From the NCBI GenBank assembly GCA_963715865.1, contig OY970280.1:1504001-1568000 (forward strand): DNA of 64,000 nt, in the 5' to 3' direction. The translations under genes were made by a program, and so were the position numbers. This DNA is from Candidatus Bathyarchaeota archaeon (GTDB lineage: Archaea > Thermoproteota > Bathyarchaeia > Bathyarchaeales > Bathycorpusculaceae). Numbering within the stretch: the stretch's first letter is position 1; every line of letters begins with the position of its first letter. Below are positions 19,413 through 28,817 of this stretch, piece after piece. The notes under the pieces were generated by a model. That model was not told the DNA's origin. It searched no databases and worked only from the letters and a program-made list of their open reading frames with translations.

Positions 19413-20639
19413 TTATTCAGTTTTTTCTTCACTGGATTCTTCTGCTTCTGTTTCGGCTGCGGCTTCTTCTGCGGCTGCTTCCGTATGCGCCCCCTGAGGC
19501 GCTTCTAAAGGGTGGGCCTGCGGTATGGCCTCCTCCACTATTACCGGCTCGATAACTGGCTCAATTACTGGTTCAACTGTTGCCTGCGTCGGCGCTTCTT
19601 CTGGGATGACCTCTAAAACTTCGTTTTCAACCTCAACTGCTGGCTGTTCTGGCGCTGGCTCAGCGATTACTTCAGTCGGAGTAACGTTTGCTGTTTCAGC
19701 TTCATCTGCTGGTTGTTCTGGCGGTGCTGCTTCTGGAGCTGCTGCTTCCATGTTTATGGCTGGTTCTTGTGGCGTTGTCTCGGTTATTGCTGGCTCTTGA
19801 GGGGCAATTTCAGGTGTTGGTTCATTTATTACTTGTATTTCTGGTTCTGGGGGAGCAATTGGAGCAGTCTCTACTGGAGTAATCTCGACGGGTGGAGTCT
19901 CAGCTGGGGCAACTTCAACTGGAGCGGTTTCCACTGGTGTATTTTCGATTGTCGCGGTTTCGATTGGGGCTGGAGCAGTTTCTACTGGGGTTGCTTCTAC
20001 TGGAGCAGTTTCTATAGGAGCGCTTTCAACTGGGGCTGCTTCTGCTTTTGCAGTTTCAACTGGAATCTCAACTGGAGCAGTTTCAACAGGAGCGGGCTCT
20101 GCTGGCGATGTTTCTACTACAGTTTCAACTGGGGCTGCTTCGACTGGAACCTCCACCGGGGTTGGTTCAACTGGCGCTGGTTGTGCAACTTCAGCTTCGA
20201 TGATGGGAACAACTGGTTCTGGGGCTGCTGGCGCTTGTATTGATGGTGCTGTTGGGCTTAGTTGGTTTGCGGCTTGTTTTATTACGTTTAGTTCGTTTCT
20301 AGTTGTTTCTAGTCCAGTTGTGAGAAGGTTCATTTCCCGCTGATAAATTTCCTCATCGATTTCTCCTACTACGTGTTGAATCTCATAGTTAGCAAGAAGT
20401 GTTTCTAATGTTTTAATCTGGTTTTCTAGTTCTTCGGTTTTTACTTGCATTCTTTCAACTAGTTCTTTCTGTTGTTTTTCGATTTCGACGATTGCTGCAC
20501 CGATGTCGCTGTTAAAAGAGTCGCGTGTTGCCTGAGAAATTTTGCCAGTTTCAAAAAGGTTGTCTAACGCTTTCTTCTTTTTCTTAGCTATTTCGTATTC
20601 TTCATTTAATCGTTTAAATGTATATTTCCATGAAATCAA
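19413..20639 (-). CDS. CdvA-like coiled-coil protein with long acidic P/E/A/T-rich tail
   Basis: From TTG at 20639: ISWKYTFKRLNEEYEIAKKKKKALDNLFETGKISQATRDSF...LLANYEIQHVVGEIDEE, resembling the CdvA coiled-coil domain. No N-terminal PRC barrel. Confidence 0.72.
   Translation of the reverse strand: MISWKYTFKRLNEEYEIAKKKKKALDNLFETGKISQATRDSFNSDIGAAIVEIEKQQKELVERMQVKTEELENQIKTLETLLANYEIQHVVGEIDEEIYQREMNLLTTGLETTRNELNVIKQAANQLSPTAPSIQAPAAPEPVVPIIEAEVAQPAPVEPTPVEVPVEAAPVETVVETSPAEPAPVETAPVEIPVETAKAEAAPVESAPIETAPVEATPVETAPAPIETATIENTPVETAPVEVAPAETPPVEITPVETAPIAPPEPEIQVINEPTPEIAPQEPAITETTPQEPAINMEAAAPEAAPPEQPADEAETANVTPTEVIAEPAPEQPAVEVENEVLEVIPEEAPTQATVEPVIEPVIEPVIVEEAIPQAHPLEAPQGAHTEAAAEEAAAETEAEESSEEKTE
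19860..20190 (-). repeat. Degenerate 15-bp (PVETA-type) coding tandem repeat
   Basis: Many imperfect PVE(T/A/I/S)(A/P) pentapeptide units inside the CdvA-like ORF; boundaries approximate. Confidence 0.8.
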
Positions 20640-21040
20640 TTTTAAGGCACCGTACCTTTTTAGCGTAAAAGAAGAGATAACGTTTGTTAACATGCGCATA
20701 TATCGCTAACTATTAAAAATGGCTACTGAAGCAGCGTAATGGAAATTTTGCATTAAAATTTCATACTGTTTCTACGTGTTTATGTATATGAAAATTGAAA
20801 ATTTTTTAGACTTTACTTAAAGCCAATGACATTTCCATGTAAATTATTGCATATCCGTTGCCGTGCGATGGCATAATATTTGAAAATGCGTCTATTGTCA
20901 ATTGACTTGTACGAGAGGCTTGTTAGTGCATATTCGTTTATTTTGTTTATACTTTTCTGATTCTGTTATAACATACTATTCTAAATCCGAATAAATCTTA
21001 TATATCTAAACACGAATAAACAATAACGAGCGTGCAAAGC

Positions 21041-21400
21041 ATGGTAGCATTAACAATTACAGTTAACGGTGAAAAATCAGAAGCAAAAATAATAAAAAAA
21101 ATGCATGAAAGAGTAATCAAAAGCTTCATGGACACAATAATAATGGCCGAATTACAAAACGGACCCATAAGTGGATACGACGCAATATCATACATACATA
21201 ACAAGTTCGGCTTCCTAGTCAGTTCAGGCACAGTTTACTCACTTCTATACTCTCTTGAAAGAAACGGCCTAGTCGAAGGAACATGGTTTGAAAGAAAAAG
21301 AGTCTACAAACTCACCGAAAAAGGCGCAAAAACCATCGAAACAATACTTAACTCTCAGGATAAAATCAAAGGTTTCATGACAATGATCCTAAAAGCATAA
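21041..21400 (+). CDS. PadR-family transcriptional regulator
   Basis: SGYDAI...SSGTVYSLLYSLERNGLV...RVYKLTEKG winged-helix pattern. Confidence 0.86.
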   Translation: MVALTITVNGEKSEAKIIKKMHERVIKSFMDTIIMAELQNGPISGYDAISYIHNKFGFLVSSGTVYSLLYSLERNGLVEGTWFERKRVYKLTEKGAKTIETILNSQDKIKGFMTMILKA

Positions 21401-21492
21401 ACAATCCATTAACCTATTTCTTTTTATCACTATTTCAATCGAAATGCTAAAAAACCCCTTCTCATTTTCCTATAGCCACAACAAATTCGAGC

Positions 21493-21567
21493 GGGTCCGT
21501 AGCTCAGTCAGGCTAGAGCACCGGACTTTTAATCCGGGGGTCGCGGGTTCAATTCCCGTCGGACCCG
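21493..21567 (+). tRNA. tRNA-Lys(TTT), no intron, CCA not encoded
   Basis: GGGTCCG/CGGACCC acceptor, GCTC/GAGC D stem, CCGGA-CTTTTAA-TCCGG anticodon arm, GGTTCAATTCC T loop. Confidence 0.96.
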
Positions 21568-21568
21568 C
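21541..21568 (+). repeat. attL core (tRNA-Lys 3' end)
   Basis: TCGCGGGTTCAATTCCCGTCGGACCCGC. Confidence 0.88.
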
Positions 21569-21634
21569 CTTTTCCCGAGGTTCAACAACTTTATAAGCTC
21601 GAACAGCCTTATTTTCCGCGTAGGAGGATAAATC

Positions 21635-22984
21635 TTGCCCTATAAGGGGTTGGAGAGCCTAAACATAAAAGAAAACTGCGTCGCAAAGTGGGCAGACGAC
21701 CTAAGCCCCAAAACCGCGCGCAACTACGTATACTACTTCTTGCGCTACCTCCAATGGTGCAAGCAAAAGAAACTTTGGGCTTCAGCCGCCGACATGCTAA
21801 AAGACTACGGCGAACTCTCTGCAAACGAGAAATACAGGCATCTTGACGCCCTAATAGAATACGTCAAAACCAGAGGAACAGGCACAAGCGATAAGAGACA
21901 CTTCTATTTCGCGGCGAAGAGCTTTTACGCCTATCACAGGCTCCCGCTTCCCGAACCCTCCAAAAGCGAACTATCAAGGATGTTCAGGCCTTCGGAAAAC
22001 GACAAGAGAAAAGCCATAGAAACGCCTCCCCTAATGCTGGACGAGGTTCGGAAACTGATCATGAACGTCAGGCACCCCTACAAAGCAGCGTTGATGACCA
22101 TCCTTCAGAGTGCAATGGGGCTTGAAGAGTTCGAAGAGTTCAACCTTGCGGGATGGAGAAAAGCCGTTAAGAATCTCGATGCGTCCGAGCCGTTGAGGAT
22201 CGACCTTTACAGAGAGAAGACAAGCAAGACCCAGGTCAAGAAGTACTACACTTGGATAGGGCGAGACGCAAAAGAGCTGCTAAAAGAGTGGCTCCTCATA
22301 AGGCCGGAAAACTCCAGGAACGACGCGTTATTTCAGGTGTACAATAAGAATGTTGGAGAGTTTGTTCCGTTGAGCGGAAGGGGACTTTCTGACTGCGTTA
22401 GGGAAACAGCTAAGAGGATTGGACTGATAAAGCCTAACCAGCTTAGGAGGTATCACGTTCATGCTCATGAGTTCCGGGATCTCTTCAAGAGCCTTTGCAC
22501 TCTGAGCGGGGTAAATCCGTTGGCTAGCGAATTTTTCATGGGGCACGACATTGACAAGCTGGGGTATGATAAGTCGCCACAGTACGACGAATCGTGGTTC
22601 AAGAGGGAGTACTTGAAAATCGAGCCCAAGCTGAATATTCTTTCGAATCCTTCTGGTGCAAATATTGAGGAAAAGATGGATCAAATGAGAAGAGACATGG
22701 TGCAAGCCGCCATCGGAAAGTTTGCTGAGGCGTTTGGGATAGACCCGATCAGGGTAAAGGTGGAGAAGCAGAAGGAGCTTGGGAGAGAACTGAAGCCGGA
22801 AGAGGAAATACAAGCGCTGCAATTAGCAATTAAGAAGGCGAGGGAAAATGACACCTCTCATAATGGGGATAACGATCCCAAGAAGATCATAGGAGAGGAT
22901 GAACTGGAGAAACATCTGCTTGAAGGGTGGGATGTGCAGATGACTTTGCCAAGCGGAAAAATCTTGGTGAAAAAGCTAAACTAG
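21635..22984 (+). CDS. Tyrosine recombinase/integrase
   Basis: N-terminal SAM-like core-binding region, HAHEFRDLFKS (HxxR), FFMGH, downstream Tyr (LGYDK); starts ~70 bp after the tRNA. Confidence 0.88.
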   Translation: MPYKGLESLNIKENCVAKWADDLSPKTARNYVYYFLRYLQWCKQKKLWASAADMLKDYGELSANEKYRHLDALIEYVKTRGTGTSDKRHFYFAAKSFYAYHRLPLPEPSKSELSRMFRPSENDKRKAIETPPLMLDEVRKLIMNVRHPYKAALMTILQSAMGLEEFEEFNLAGWRKAVKNLDASEPLRIDLYREKTSKTQVKKYYTWIGRDAKELLKEWLLIRPENSRNDALFQVYNKNVGEFVPLSGRGLSDCVRETAKRIGLIKPNQLRRYHVHAHEFRDLFKSLCTLSGVNPLASEFFMGHDIDKLGYDKSPQYDESWFKREYLKIEPKLNILSNPSGANIEEKMDQMRRDMVQAAIGKFAEAFGIDPIRVKVEKQKELGRELKPEEEIQALQLAIKKARENDTSHNGDNDPKKIIGEDELEKHLLEGWDVQMTLPSGKILVKKLN

Positions 22985-23104
22985 GGCAAATGAGATTGAC
23001 ATAAAGGCTCTCCATTTCAACATAGCAACCCTATCGGTTCCTAATACTAAGTAACTCAAAGTTGTAGACAAGTTTTAAATCTATTAGTTCAGAAATCTAA
23101 TGAT

Positions 23105-23368
23105 ATGCCAGAAAGAAATAAATCCCCACCAGACTGGAAACTTTGCGAAACCGCAAAAAGCATCGAATATCAAGGGCAAGGTTGCTTTGTAGCGCCCACT
23201 GGAAGGGGATCCGATTTCGTTGCGGTGTGTCCCGACAGAAAGCCAACGCTTGTTGAAGTAAAAAAGGGATATGGGGCGTTAAGTAAACTTCAAAGAGAAA
23301 CAAGAGATTTAGCGCTGACAAGTGGTTTTGACTACAAAGTCGAATTGCTTAACTCAAGACTGCCCTAA
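23105..23368 (+). CDS. Small PD-(D/E)xK nuclease (Hjc/restriction-endonuclease-like)
   Basis: GRGSDFVAV...TLVEVKKG catalytic-type motif in 87 aa. Confidence 0.62.
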   Translation: MPERNKSPPDWKLCETAKSIEYQGQGCFVAPTGRGSDFVAVCPDRKPTLVEVKKGYGALSKLQRETRDLALTSGFDYKVELLNSRLP

Positions 23369-23423
23369 ACGTATTGGAGGCATGCCAAGCGTAGGTAAAA
23401 TCGAAATCCATCCTTTTGCCTCC

Positions 23424-24053
23424 CTAGAGGTTAAGAATCCTCACCTTGTAGCCTTCAGCATTCAGTTTCTCGAACTTAGCCTTCTGGTCAGCCTCATCTT
23501 TGCATTCGATTACAAGCTCATAGCTCTCAGGCACAAGGCTGGAGCCTTCATGTGGACCCCCTAAGTCTTCCGGCAGCTTCTCTCCAACGGCTGAGAGCAA
23601 TGCCTGCAAATCATCCCTTTCCCCAGCCTGGATAATTCGGGTAAACTCTTCAATGTTTAACTCGTGGCTGTGTTTGCCCTTGAGCTTGTTTAAAATCTGC
23701 CTGAGCATTCGCCTATCCACATCAGAAACAGGTAACCGCAATACTGGAGCGAAAAACTCTTTATGAGCAATGCAAACTTGCGCACGTTGTTCGCCGTCTG
23801 CAAAAACTCCGTTTTTATTGGCAATGATAGGATAGGTCCAACCGTACTTTTGAAGGCTATGCCAGACTTGCTCCTGCTGCTTTGCAGTCATCTTGTTGGG
23901 GTTCTGCTCATCAGTTTTCAATAGTCGGATGTCTTCAAGCAGAGGCAGATAAGCTGAAGGAATATTGAGGGTTGTTTTCTTTTCAGCCAAGATAGCCATC
24001 GATAAAAAGTAAATTCTGGGTCGGAGAAAAAGGCTGTTGTTATACTTTAACAA
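23424..24053 (-). CDS. ParB/Srx-like N-terminal domain protein (virus-type)
   Basis: SLQKYGWTYPIIANKNGVFADGEQR, LNKLKG, and a C-terminal YELVIECKDEADQ module. Confidence 0.72.
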   Translation of the reverse strand: MLKYNNSLFLRPRIYFLSMAILAEKKTTLNIPSAYLPLLEDIRLLKTDEQNPNKMTAKQQEQVWHSLQKYGWTYPIIANKNGVFADGEQRAQVCIAHKEFFAPVLRLPVSDVDRRMLRQILNKLKGKHSHELNIEEFTRIIQAGERDDLQALLSAVGEKLPEDLGGPHEGSSLVPESYELVIECKDEADQKAKFEKLNAEGYKVRILNL

Positions 24054-24097
24054 CCATTATTAACACGGGCTACCTAGCAAGTAAAAGGGAATATATC

Positions 24098-24250
24098 ATG
24101 CGGAAGCACCCAGTAAGCATAGCTCTATCAAACCGCATATTGCAAAAGATAGACCAAGAAGCCGCAGGGCAAAAAAGGTCAAGAAGTGACTGGGTGGAAC
24201 TGCATTTCGAAGAAGTCTTCTCAAAGAAGGAAAACTCAAGCAATAGCTAA
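24098..24250 (+). CDS. 50-aa ribbon-helix-helix (CopG-like) protein
   Basis: Manual translation MRKHPVSIALSNRILQKIDQEAAGQKRSRSDWVELHFEEVFSKKENSSNS; below the ORF-track length cutoff. Confidence 0.72.
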   Translation: MRKHPVSIALSNRILQKIDQEAAGQKRSRSDWVELHFEEVFSKKENSSNS

Positions 24251-24446
24251 TAAGTGATGTTATTACTTGGTTTTCAATTATAGGTTTGCTGAGGCCCTGG
24301 CACAACTTATAGGAGAAAAGAAAATGCAACTATCACGATCTATAGCGACATATTTAATTTTAACCAGAGCCCTCTCAGCCCCTATCTCTTCTCAATTGCT
24401 TTTTAAGACTAAAAAAGGGGAAAATGGAATTTTTGGCTGTGCATTT

Positions 24447-27059
24447 TTATGGTCGTTTTCTAAGCGATAAGATTGCTAGTAAAGCAAAGCCGATGATTAT
24501 TACAGCAATTATGGCAATGACAGCAGGAACAAAGTACATGTCAGCAGCAGATTGCGGAAGAGGTGTAGCTGGGATTGGTGTTGCCGCTGGCGCGCTAGCG
24601 TAGAAGGCTGTTGCAGCTGACGATGAATAGTAGGATTGTGTGCCTGCAAAGCTTGCAATGACAGTGTAGTTGCCTGGGATATCCGGTGTCCAAGTTAAAC
24701 TGTAGGTTCCATAGACATTGCTTGTGGTGGTGCCGATAGTTCTGTAGTTGCCGTTAGAGTCAACGACGCTTATCGTAACTGGAACTCCGGTTGTGTTGGT
24801 TGGCATTGGCTGCTGCTCGTAAACGTATTCCATCCATGCGGTTTGGCTTGCGTCAGATACGGCTGGAAGACCGTTTGGAAAGTTCATTGCTACTGCATTT
24901 TGTTGTGAGCCGGCTGAGATGTCGGTAACTGTACCTGTTATCGTTACTGGTGTAGAGGTTGTTACGCCAATGTTAGGTGCTGTAACGGTCGTTTTGCTGG
25001 GTCCCATACCGAAAGCGTATAGTTGGTTGTCATAGGAATTTTCCGTTATCATGATGCCGTCTGAGATAGGGAGAGTACAGTAAGCTCCATTCCCGTCGCC
25101 GTCAAAGTCCAATATATTAAATACTAGCTGTCCAGTGGTGGCGTTTATAGCGTATAGCTCAGATCCTTTATACACTGGGGGAGTATAGCTGTGACCTGAT
25201 ACGACATAAACCATTCCATTAGCAACGAGTGCATCCGCGCTCAAAGACCAAAGAGGATAATTACCGTAGGGAACGTCATAGCCGGCGGGTCCAGTGCTCC
25301 AAAACCAGTTGAGAGCGCCTGTAGTAAGGTTATAGCAGTACACAGCTCCGCTTAGGCTCCATGTGTAAAAGTTACCGTAAGCGATAATCCCTAAACCACG
25401 GTCAAAATAACCCCATGCGTTTGTGTAGGTTGTGGAGGGCTGAGTTGGACCCCATAGCTGGTTCCCTGTAAGTATGCTATAGCCACTCCAACTCTGCAAC
25501 TGTTCATTGTATTCAGTGTAGATTCCGTTCCCCGCAGGACCCATATATATGGTTGTCCATGGTGTTATCGTTCGATTAGTTATCCAAAGCTGTTGTCCAG
25601 TTGTTAGACTGTAGCCTGCTTCAATTCTCCAACCCTCTGTAGCGTGACCGGCGGTTTCTGGCGCTGTCATTTGCATAAGTACTACCCCGGAGGCATTATC
25701 AATTTCGGAAATTCCTAAGCTGATCTGTGCGCCTTCATAAGTAGTGGCCACGGGCACGCTCCATTGGTTTCCTCCCGCCCAGTCAATAGTCGCTCCTTGA
25801 GGAGGCCGCCAAATCTCTGCAGAGCTATAAACCGTATAAGTGTTATACTTTGTTGATCCTGCTGCGATACACAGGCTTGCGTTCCACATAGTCAACTGAC
25901 CTCCTGAAACCCTGTAACTTAGCAGTTCCCCTTGTGGACCATCCACGATTGTACCAGGAGTTGCATTTGCGATGTTAAGTATCCACTGTCCTGTCATAGC
26001 TTCATACATTGACCACAAAGTGGCATTTGGTAGTGCAATGAATCCTGTTGGCATTGTACCCCCAGGGTATGTAAATAGGTATGTGTGGGCTCCGTACTGG
26101 TCTCCTGTTATGAAATTGTATACCATGCCGTATGCTAGTATTCCGTTGGTGTTCTCAGTCCATAACGTTTGTCCAGTTTGTAGGTTAACAGCGGTCAAAG
26201 GTCCTGGGTTGTTCCAAGCCCCTGGAAATTGATTGTAGTAAAGTATGCCATTGATGATTATTGGCGTCGCAAATTTTGTTTCGTACGCTGCTCCTGTCGC
26301 GTAGAGACTTGTACTGGTCGAGCCAAATTCTCCTCCAATTTGGCCTCCGAAAGCTATCGGCTTCGTCCATATTATGTGACCAGTGGTCGGCCCCGTGGTA
26401 TATGGTCTGTAGTTTCCGAGGCTAAAAGTTTCTGCCGTACCAAGCCAGTTTCCGCTGATTATGGACCATTCTCTGTTCATTGAATTTATTGGGCGTGTCC
26501 AGTAAGCAGTTGGAAGCGGAGCTGCCGGCGTGGTTGGAATTGGCTCCTCTTGTACGGTGAGTGTCACTACGTTGCTGGTGCTGGCTAAATAAGTATCGTT
26601 GACATAATCGATATACCTATTAGATTGCATAGTAGCGGTGATATAGGGGTAGGGATTCTCGTTAGTTGCGGTTTGTTGAGGGAAGTGACCAACGAAAGTG
26701 TAGTTGCCGACTTGATCGACCACTAACGAAGTCCATGTTCCTCCCGTAGGGTCAGAAGTTAACGGCCCTAGGGTTTCAGGGGTTCCGTCGGGCTTCGTAA
26801 CTGTCACTGTCATATTATGCCACCTATCCCCCCACTGGCCTTCCGCTGTTGGCGGCACACTATCTATCCAAAAGTTAACGTATGCGGTTTGACCGACTCC
26901 TACGGGGTTAGGATCTACATTGAGAAATGCGTATGTTAGAATCTGCCATGGAGGCGTATGTGCACTAGCACTTGGTATTAGTGTCATTGAAGCTGACATT
27001 GAAATTGTTAAGAGTATAGCAATCGAAATAGCTGCAATTTTATTTTTTAGCGTTTTCAT
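24447..27059 (-). CDS. Secreted PQQ-like beta-propeller repeat surface protein with Ig-like domains and C-terminal TM anchor
   Basis: Signal peptide, repeated (A/Y)xxLxTGxxLW propeller blades, T/P-rich linker, C-terminal TM helix ending RKRP. Confidence 0.85.
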   Translation of the reverse strand: MKTLKNKIAAISIAILLTISMSASMTLIPSASAHTPPWQILTYAFLNVDPNPVGVGQTAYVNFWIDSVPPTAEGQWGDRWHNMTVTVTKPDGTPETLGPLTSDPTGGTWTSLVVDQVGNYTFVGHFPQQTATNENPYPYITATMQSNRYIDYVNDTYLASTSNVVTLTVQEEPIPTTPAAPLPTAYWTRPINSMNREWSIISGNWLGTAETFSLGNYRPYTTGPTTGHIIWTKPIAFGGQIGGEFGSTSTSLYATGAAYETKFATPIIINGILYYNQFPGAWNNPGPLTAVNLQTGQTLWTENTNGILAYGMVYNFITGDQYGAHTYLFTYPGGTMPTGFIALPNATLWSMYEAMTGQWILNIANATPGTIVDGPQGELLSYRVSGGQLTMWNASLCIAAGSTKYNTYTVYSSAEIWRPPQGATIDWAGGNQWSVPVATTYEGAQISLGISEIDNASGVVLMQMTAPETAGHATEGWRIEAGYSLTTGQQLWITNRTITPWTTIYMGPAGNGIYTEYNEQLQSWSGYSILTGNQLWGPTQPSTTYTNAWGYFDRGLGIIAYGNFYTWSLSGAVYCYNLTTGALNWFWSTGPAGYDVPYGNYPLWSLSADALVANGMVYVVSGHSYTPPVYKGSELYAINATTGQLVFNILDFDGDGNGAYCTLPISDGIMITENSYDNQLYAFGMGPSKTTVTAPNIGVTTSTPVTITGTVTDISAGSQQNAVAMNFPNGLPAVSDASQTAWMEYVYEQQPMPTNTTGVPVTISVVDSNGNYRTIGTTTSNVYGTYSLTWTPDIPGNYTVIASFAGTQSYYSSSAATAFYASAPAATPIPATPLPQSAADMYFVPAVIAIIAVIIIGFALLAILSLRKRP

Positions 27060-27200
27060 TTTGTTTTCTTCTTCCTATAATTTTATTTCCGTAAATTAGG
27101 ATGCACAGATACGCCTAATAAGCCCTGTTAGGAAGCTGCTAGACTGACAATGGCAAAAATTTATAAATGAAATGAATAATAAGTTTAAAAAGGGACCTCT

Positions 27201-28043
27201 ATGACGTGGGCAGTGGATGAGGTCAAAAAACTGGCTCATGAAGTACTGACAGAATTAGGGCTTACAACAACTCAAGCAAGAGTCTACTTTTCACTCTGCC
27301 AAGTAGGGATTTCTACGGCGAATGCGATCTCAAAAGAATCTGGCATAGCCCGCCAAGACATTTACCGAGTCCTAACCGAACTGGAAGAAATGGATTTTGT
27401 TGAAAAAACCATAACTAAACCCGTTATGTTTGAACCTGTGCCTTTGGAAGAAACCATCGACGTTATGATGAAAGAAAGAGCCAAGAAAAGCAGTGAATTG
27501 CAGACAAAAACACATGAATTAGTACAATCGTTCGTGGCGAAAAAGACCAGGCTTATAGCTGAAGAACCGCAATTCGTTTTGATCCCTAAGGGAAGAGCAA
27601 TCCTCCAGAAGGGAAAAGAAACCCTTAGGGCTACTCAGGACAGCATGGATTGCGTTACTTCGTACAAAAGATTTCTTCAAATGATGTTTACCATAAGTGG
27701 AGATATTTTTGAAACATTGAATAGAGGAGTAAAGTTTCGATTCATTTTGGACAAACCTGACGACACAAGAATGCAGTTACCAAAAAATGTTGAAGATTTC
27801 CGCAAAGCCTCGTCTTGCAGCATCAGGTACATATCGCACCCTCCACAAGCTCTAATAGCAATTTACGACAAAAGAGAAGCTCACATCGTAACTTCTCTTT
27901 ATCCAGATTTCAATGGGGCTTCAATGTTGTGGTCAAACAATCCCTCGATCGTCGGGATAATCAAGCATTACTTTGAAACAATCTGGTTCAACCAATCGGA
28001 AGCCTTTGAGAGTTTCGAGGAAAACAGCGCTCAGAATTTCTAG
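27201..28043 (+). CDS. TrmB-family transcriptional regulator
   Basis: LGLTTTQARVYFSL...IARQDIYRVLTELEEMDFVE HTH; effector domain ending ASMLWSNNP...YFETIW. Confidence 0.88.
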   Translation: MTWAVDEVKKLAHEVLTELGLTTTQARVYFSLCQVGISTANAISKESGIARQDIYRVLTELEEMDFVEKTITKPVMFEPVPLEETIDVMMKERAKKSSELQTKTHELVQSFVAKKTRLIAEEPQFVLIPKGRAILQKGKETLRATQDSMDCVTSYKRFLQMMFTISGDIFETLNRGVKFRFILDKPDDTRMQLPKNVEDFRKASSCSIRYISHPPQALIAIYDKREAHIVTSLYPDFNGASMLWSNNPSIVGIIKHYFETIWFNQSEAFESFEENSAQNF

Positions 28044-28419
28044 TCTATTTTCGCTTTCCATCGACACCATGCAAGATGACAAAGAAAGACTTCACTTGAT
28101 AAAATCTCAAAATGAAAAAAATTCCGCGTATGAAAATTCTCCAAGAGCACGGTTGAACTAATCCGAAGGAGTTATTAAGAAACTAAACAAAAACGAGAAA
28201 AAAAATAAGAGGTGAGATTGAGCGGGTGATATCTTCGTTGGGGATCAAATCCCGCCCGGTCCACTTCAACCAGTCTCTAGCTTCTACGCCAGATCAAAGT
28301 TACGCACTAGTTTGAAACAGATAACCAAAGCGTGTTTATTTTTCTGTTGCCAATTTCAATTTCTTTAATACCGACTTCATATTTGCTGTCAATTGTGCTA
28401 CTAAGTTGAACCCGTGATA

Positions 28420-28447
28420 TCGCGGGTTCGATTCCCGTCGGACCCGC
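28420..28447 (+). repeat. attR core (copy of tRNA-Lys 3' end)
   Basis: TCGCGGGTTCGATTCCCGTCGGACCCGC; 27/28 identical to 21541-21568. Confidence 0.88.
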
Positions 28448-28616
28448 TTCTTCAGCATTTAGTTGTTCTAAACCTTGCGTGTTAACTGATATTTTCCGTC
28501 AATTTAATTTTCGAAAAAACATTTTTAAGTTTCTTTTCTTTTCCTTCTTTCAAGCAGAATTTCGAGTGCTAACACAAAAGAAAAAGAATAGTTGCGAAAA
28601 AGAATTTAGTGCTTGA

Positions 28617-28817
28617 TTACTTCTTTGGTTTTTCAGGAGCTTTTTCAGACGCCTTTGCAGGAGCCTTCGAGGCAGTGCTTTTTGCTGTTGCTTTGACCGG
28701 TTTCATTGGTTGCTCACAACATACTATTTCGCATGCTTCACATTCACACGGATTTTCAACCATCACAACAAGACCACATTCTTCACACTTATACGCTTCA
28801 CCTTTCTTTTTTACCAA
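28617..28817 (-). CDS. Desulforedoxin-like small metal-binding protein with K/A-rich tail
   Basis: TTG at 28817 after AGGTGA; YKCEECGLVV...CECEACEIVCCEQPM. Confidence 0.72.
   Translation of the reverse strand: MVKKKGEAYKCEECGLVVMVENPCECEACEIVCCEQPMKPVKATAKSTASKAPAKASEKAPEKPKK

Larger units (their letters stand above)
21541..28447. mobile_element. ~6.9-kb integrative element or decayed provirus at the tRNA-Lys 3' end
   Basis: 28-bp direct repeats at both ends, a tyrosine integrase next to the tRNA, and nuclease, ParB-like and RHH genes. Confidence 0.85.

Noticed and set aside
19525-20243. Trp/Cys-rich + strand ORFs (e.g. 19713..20243)
   Set aside because: They are antisense shadows of the PVETA repeat in the CdvA-like gene.
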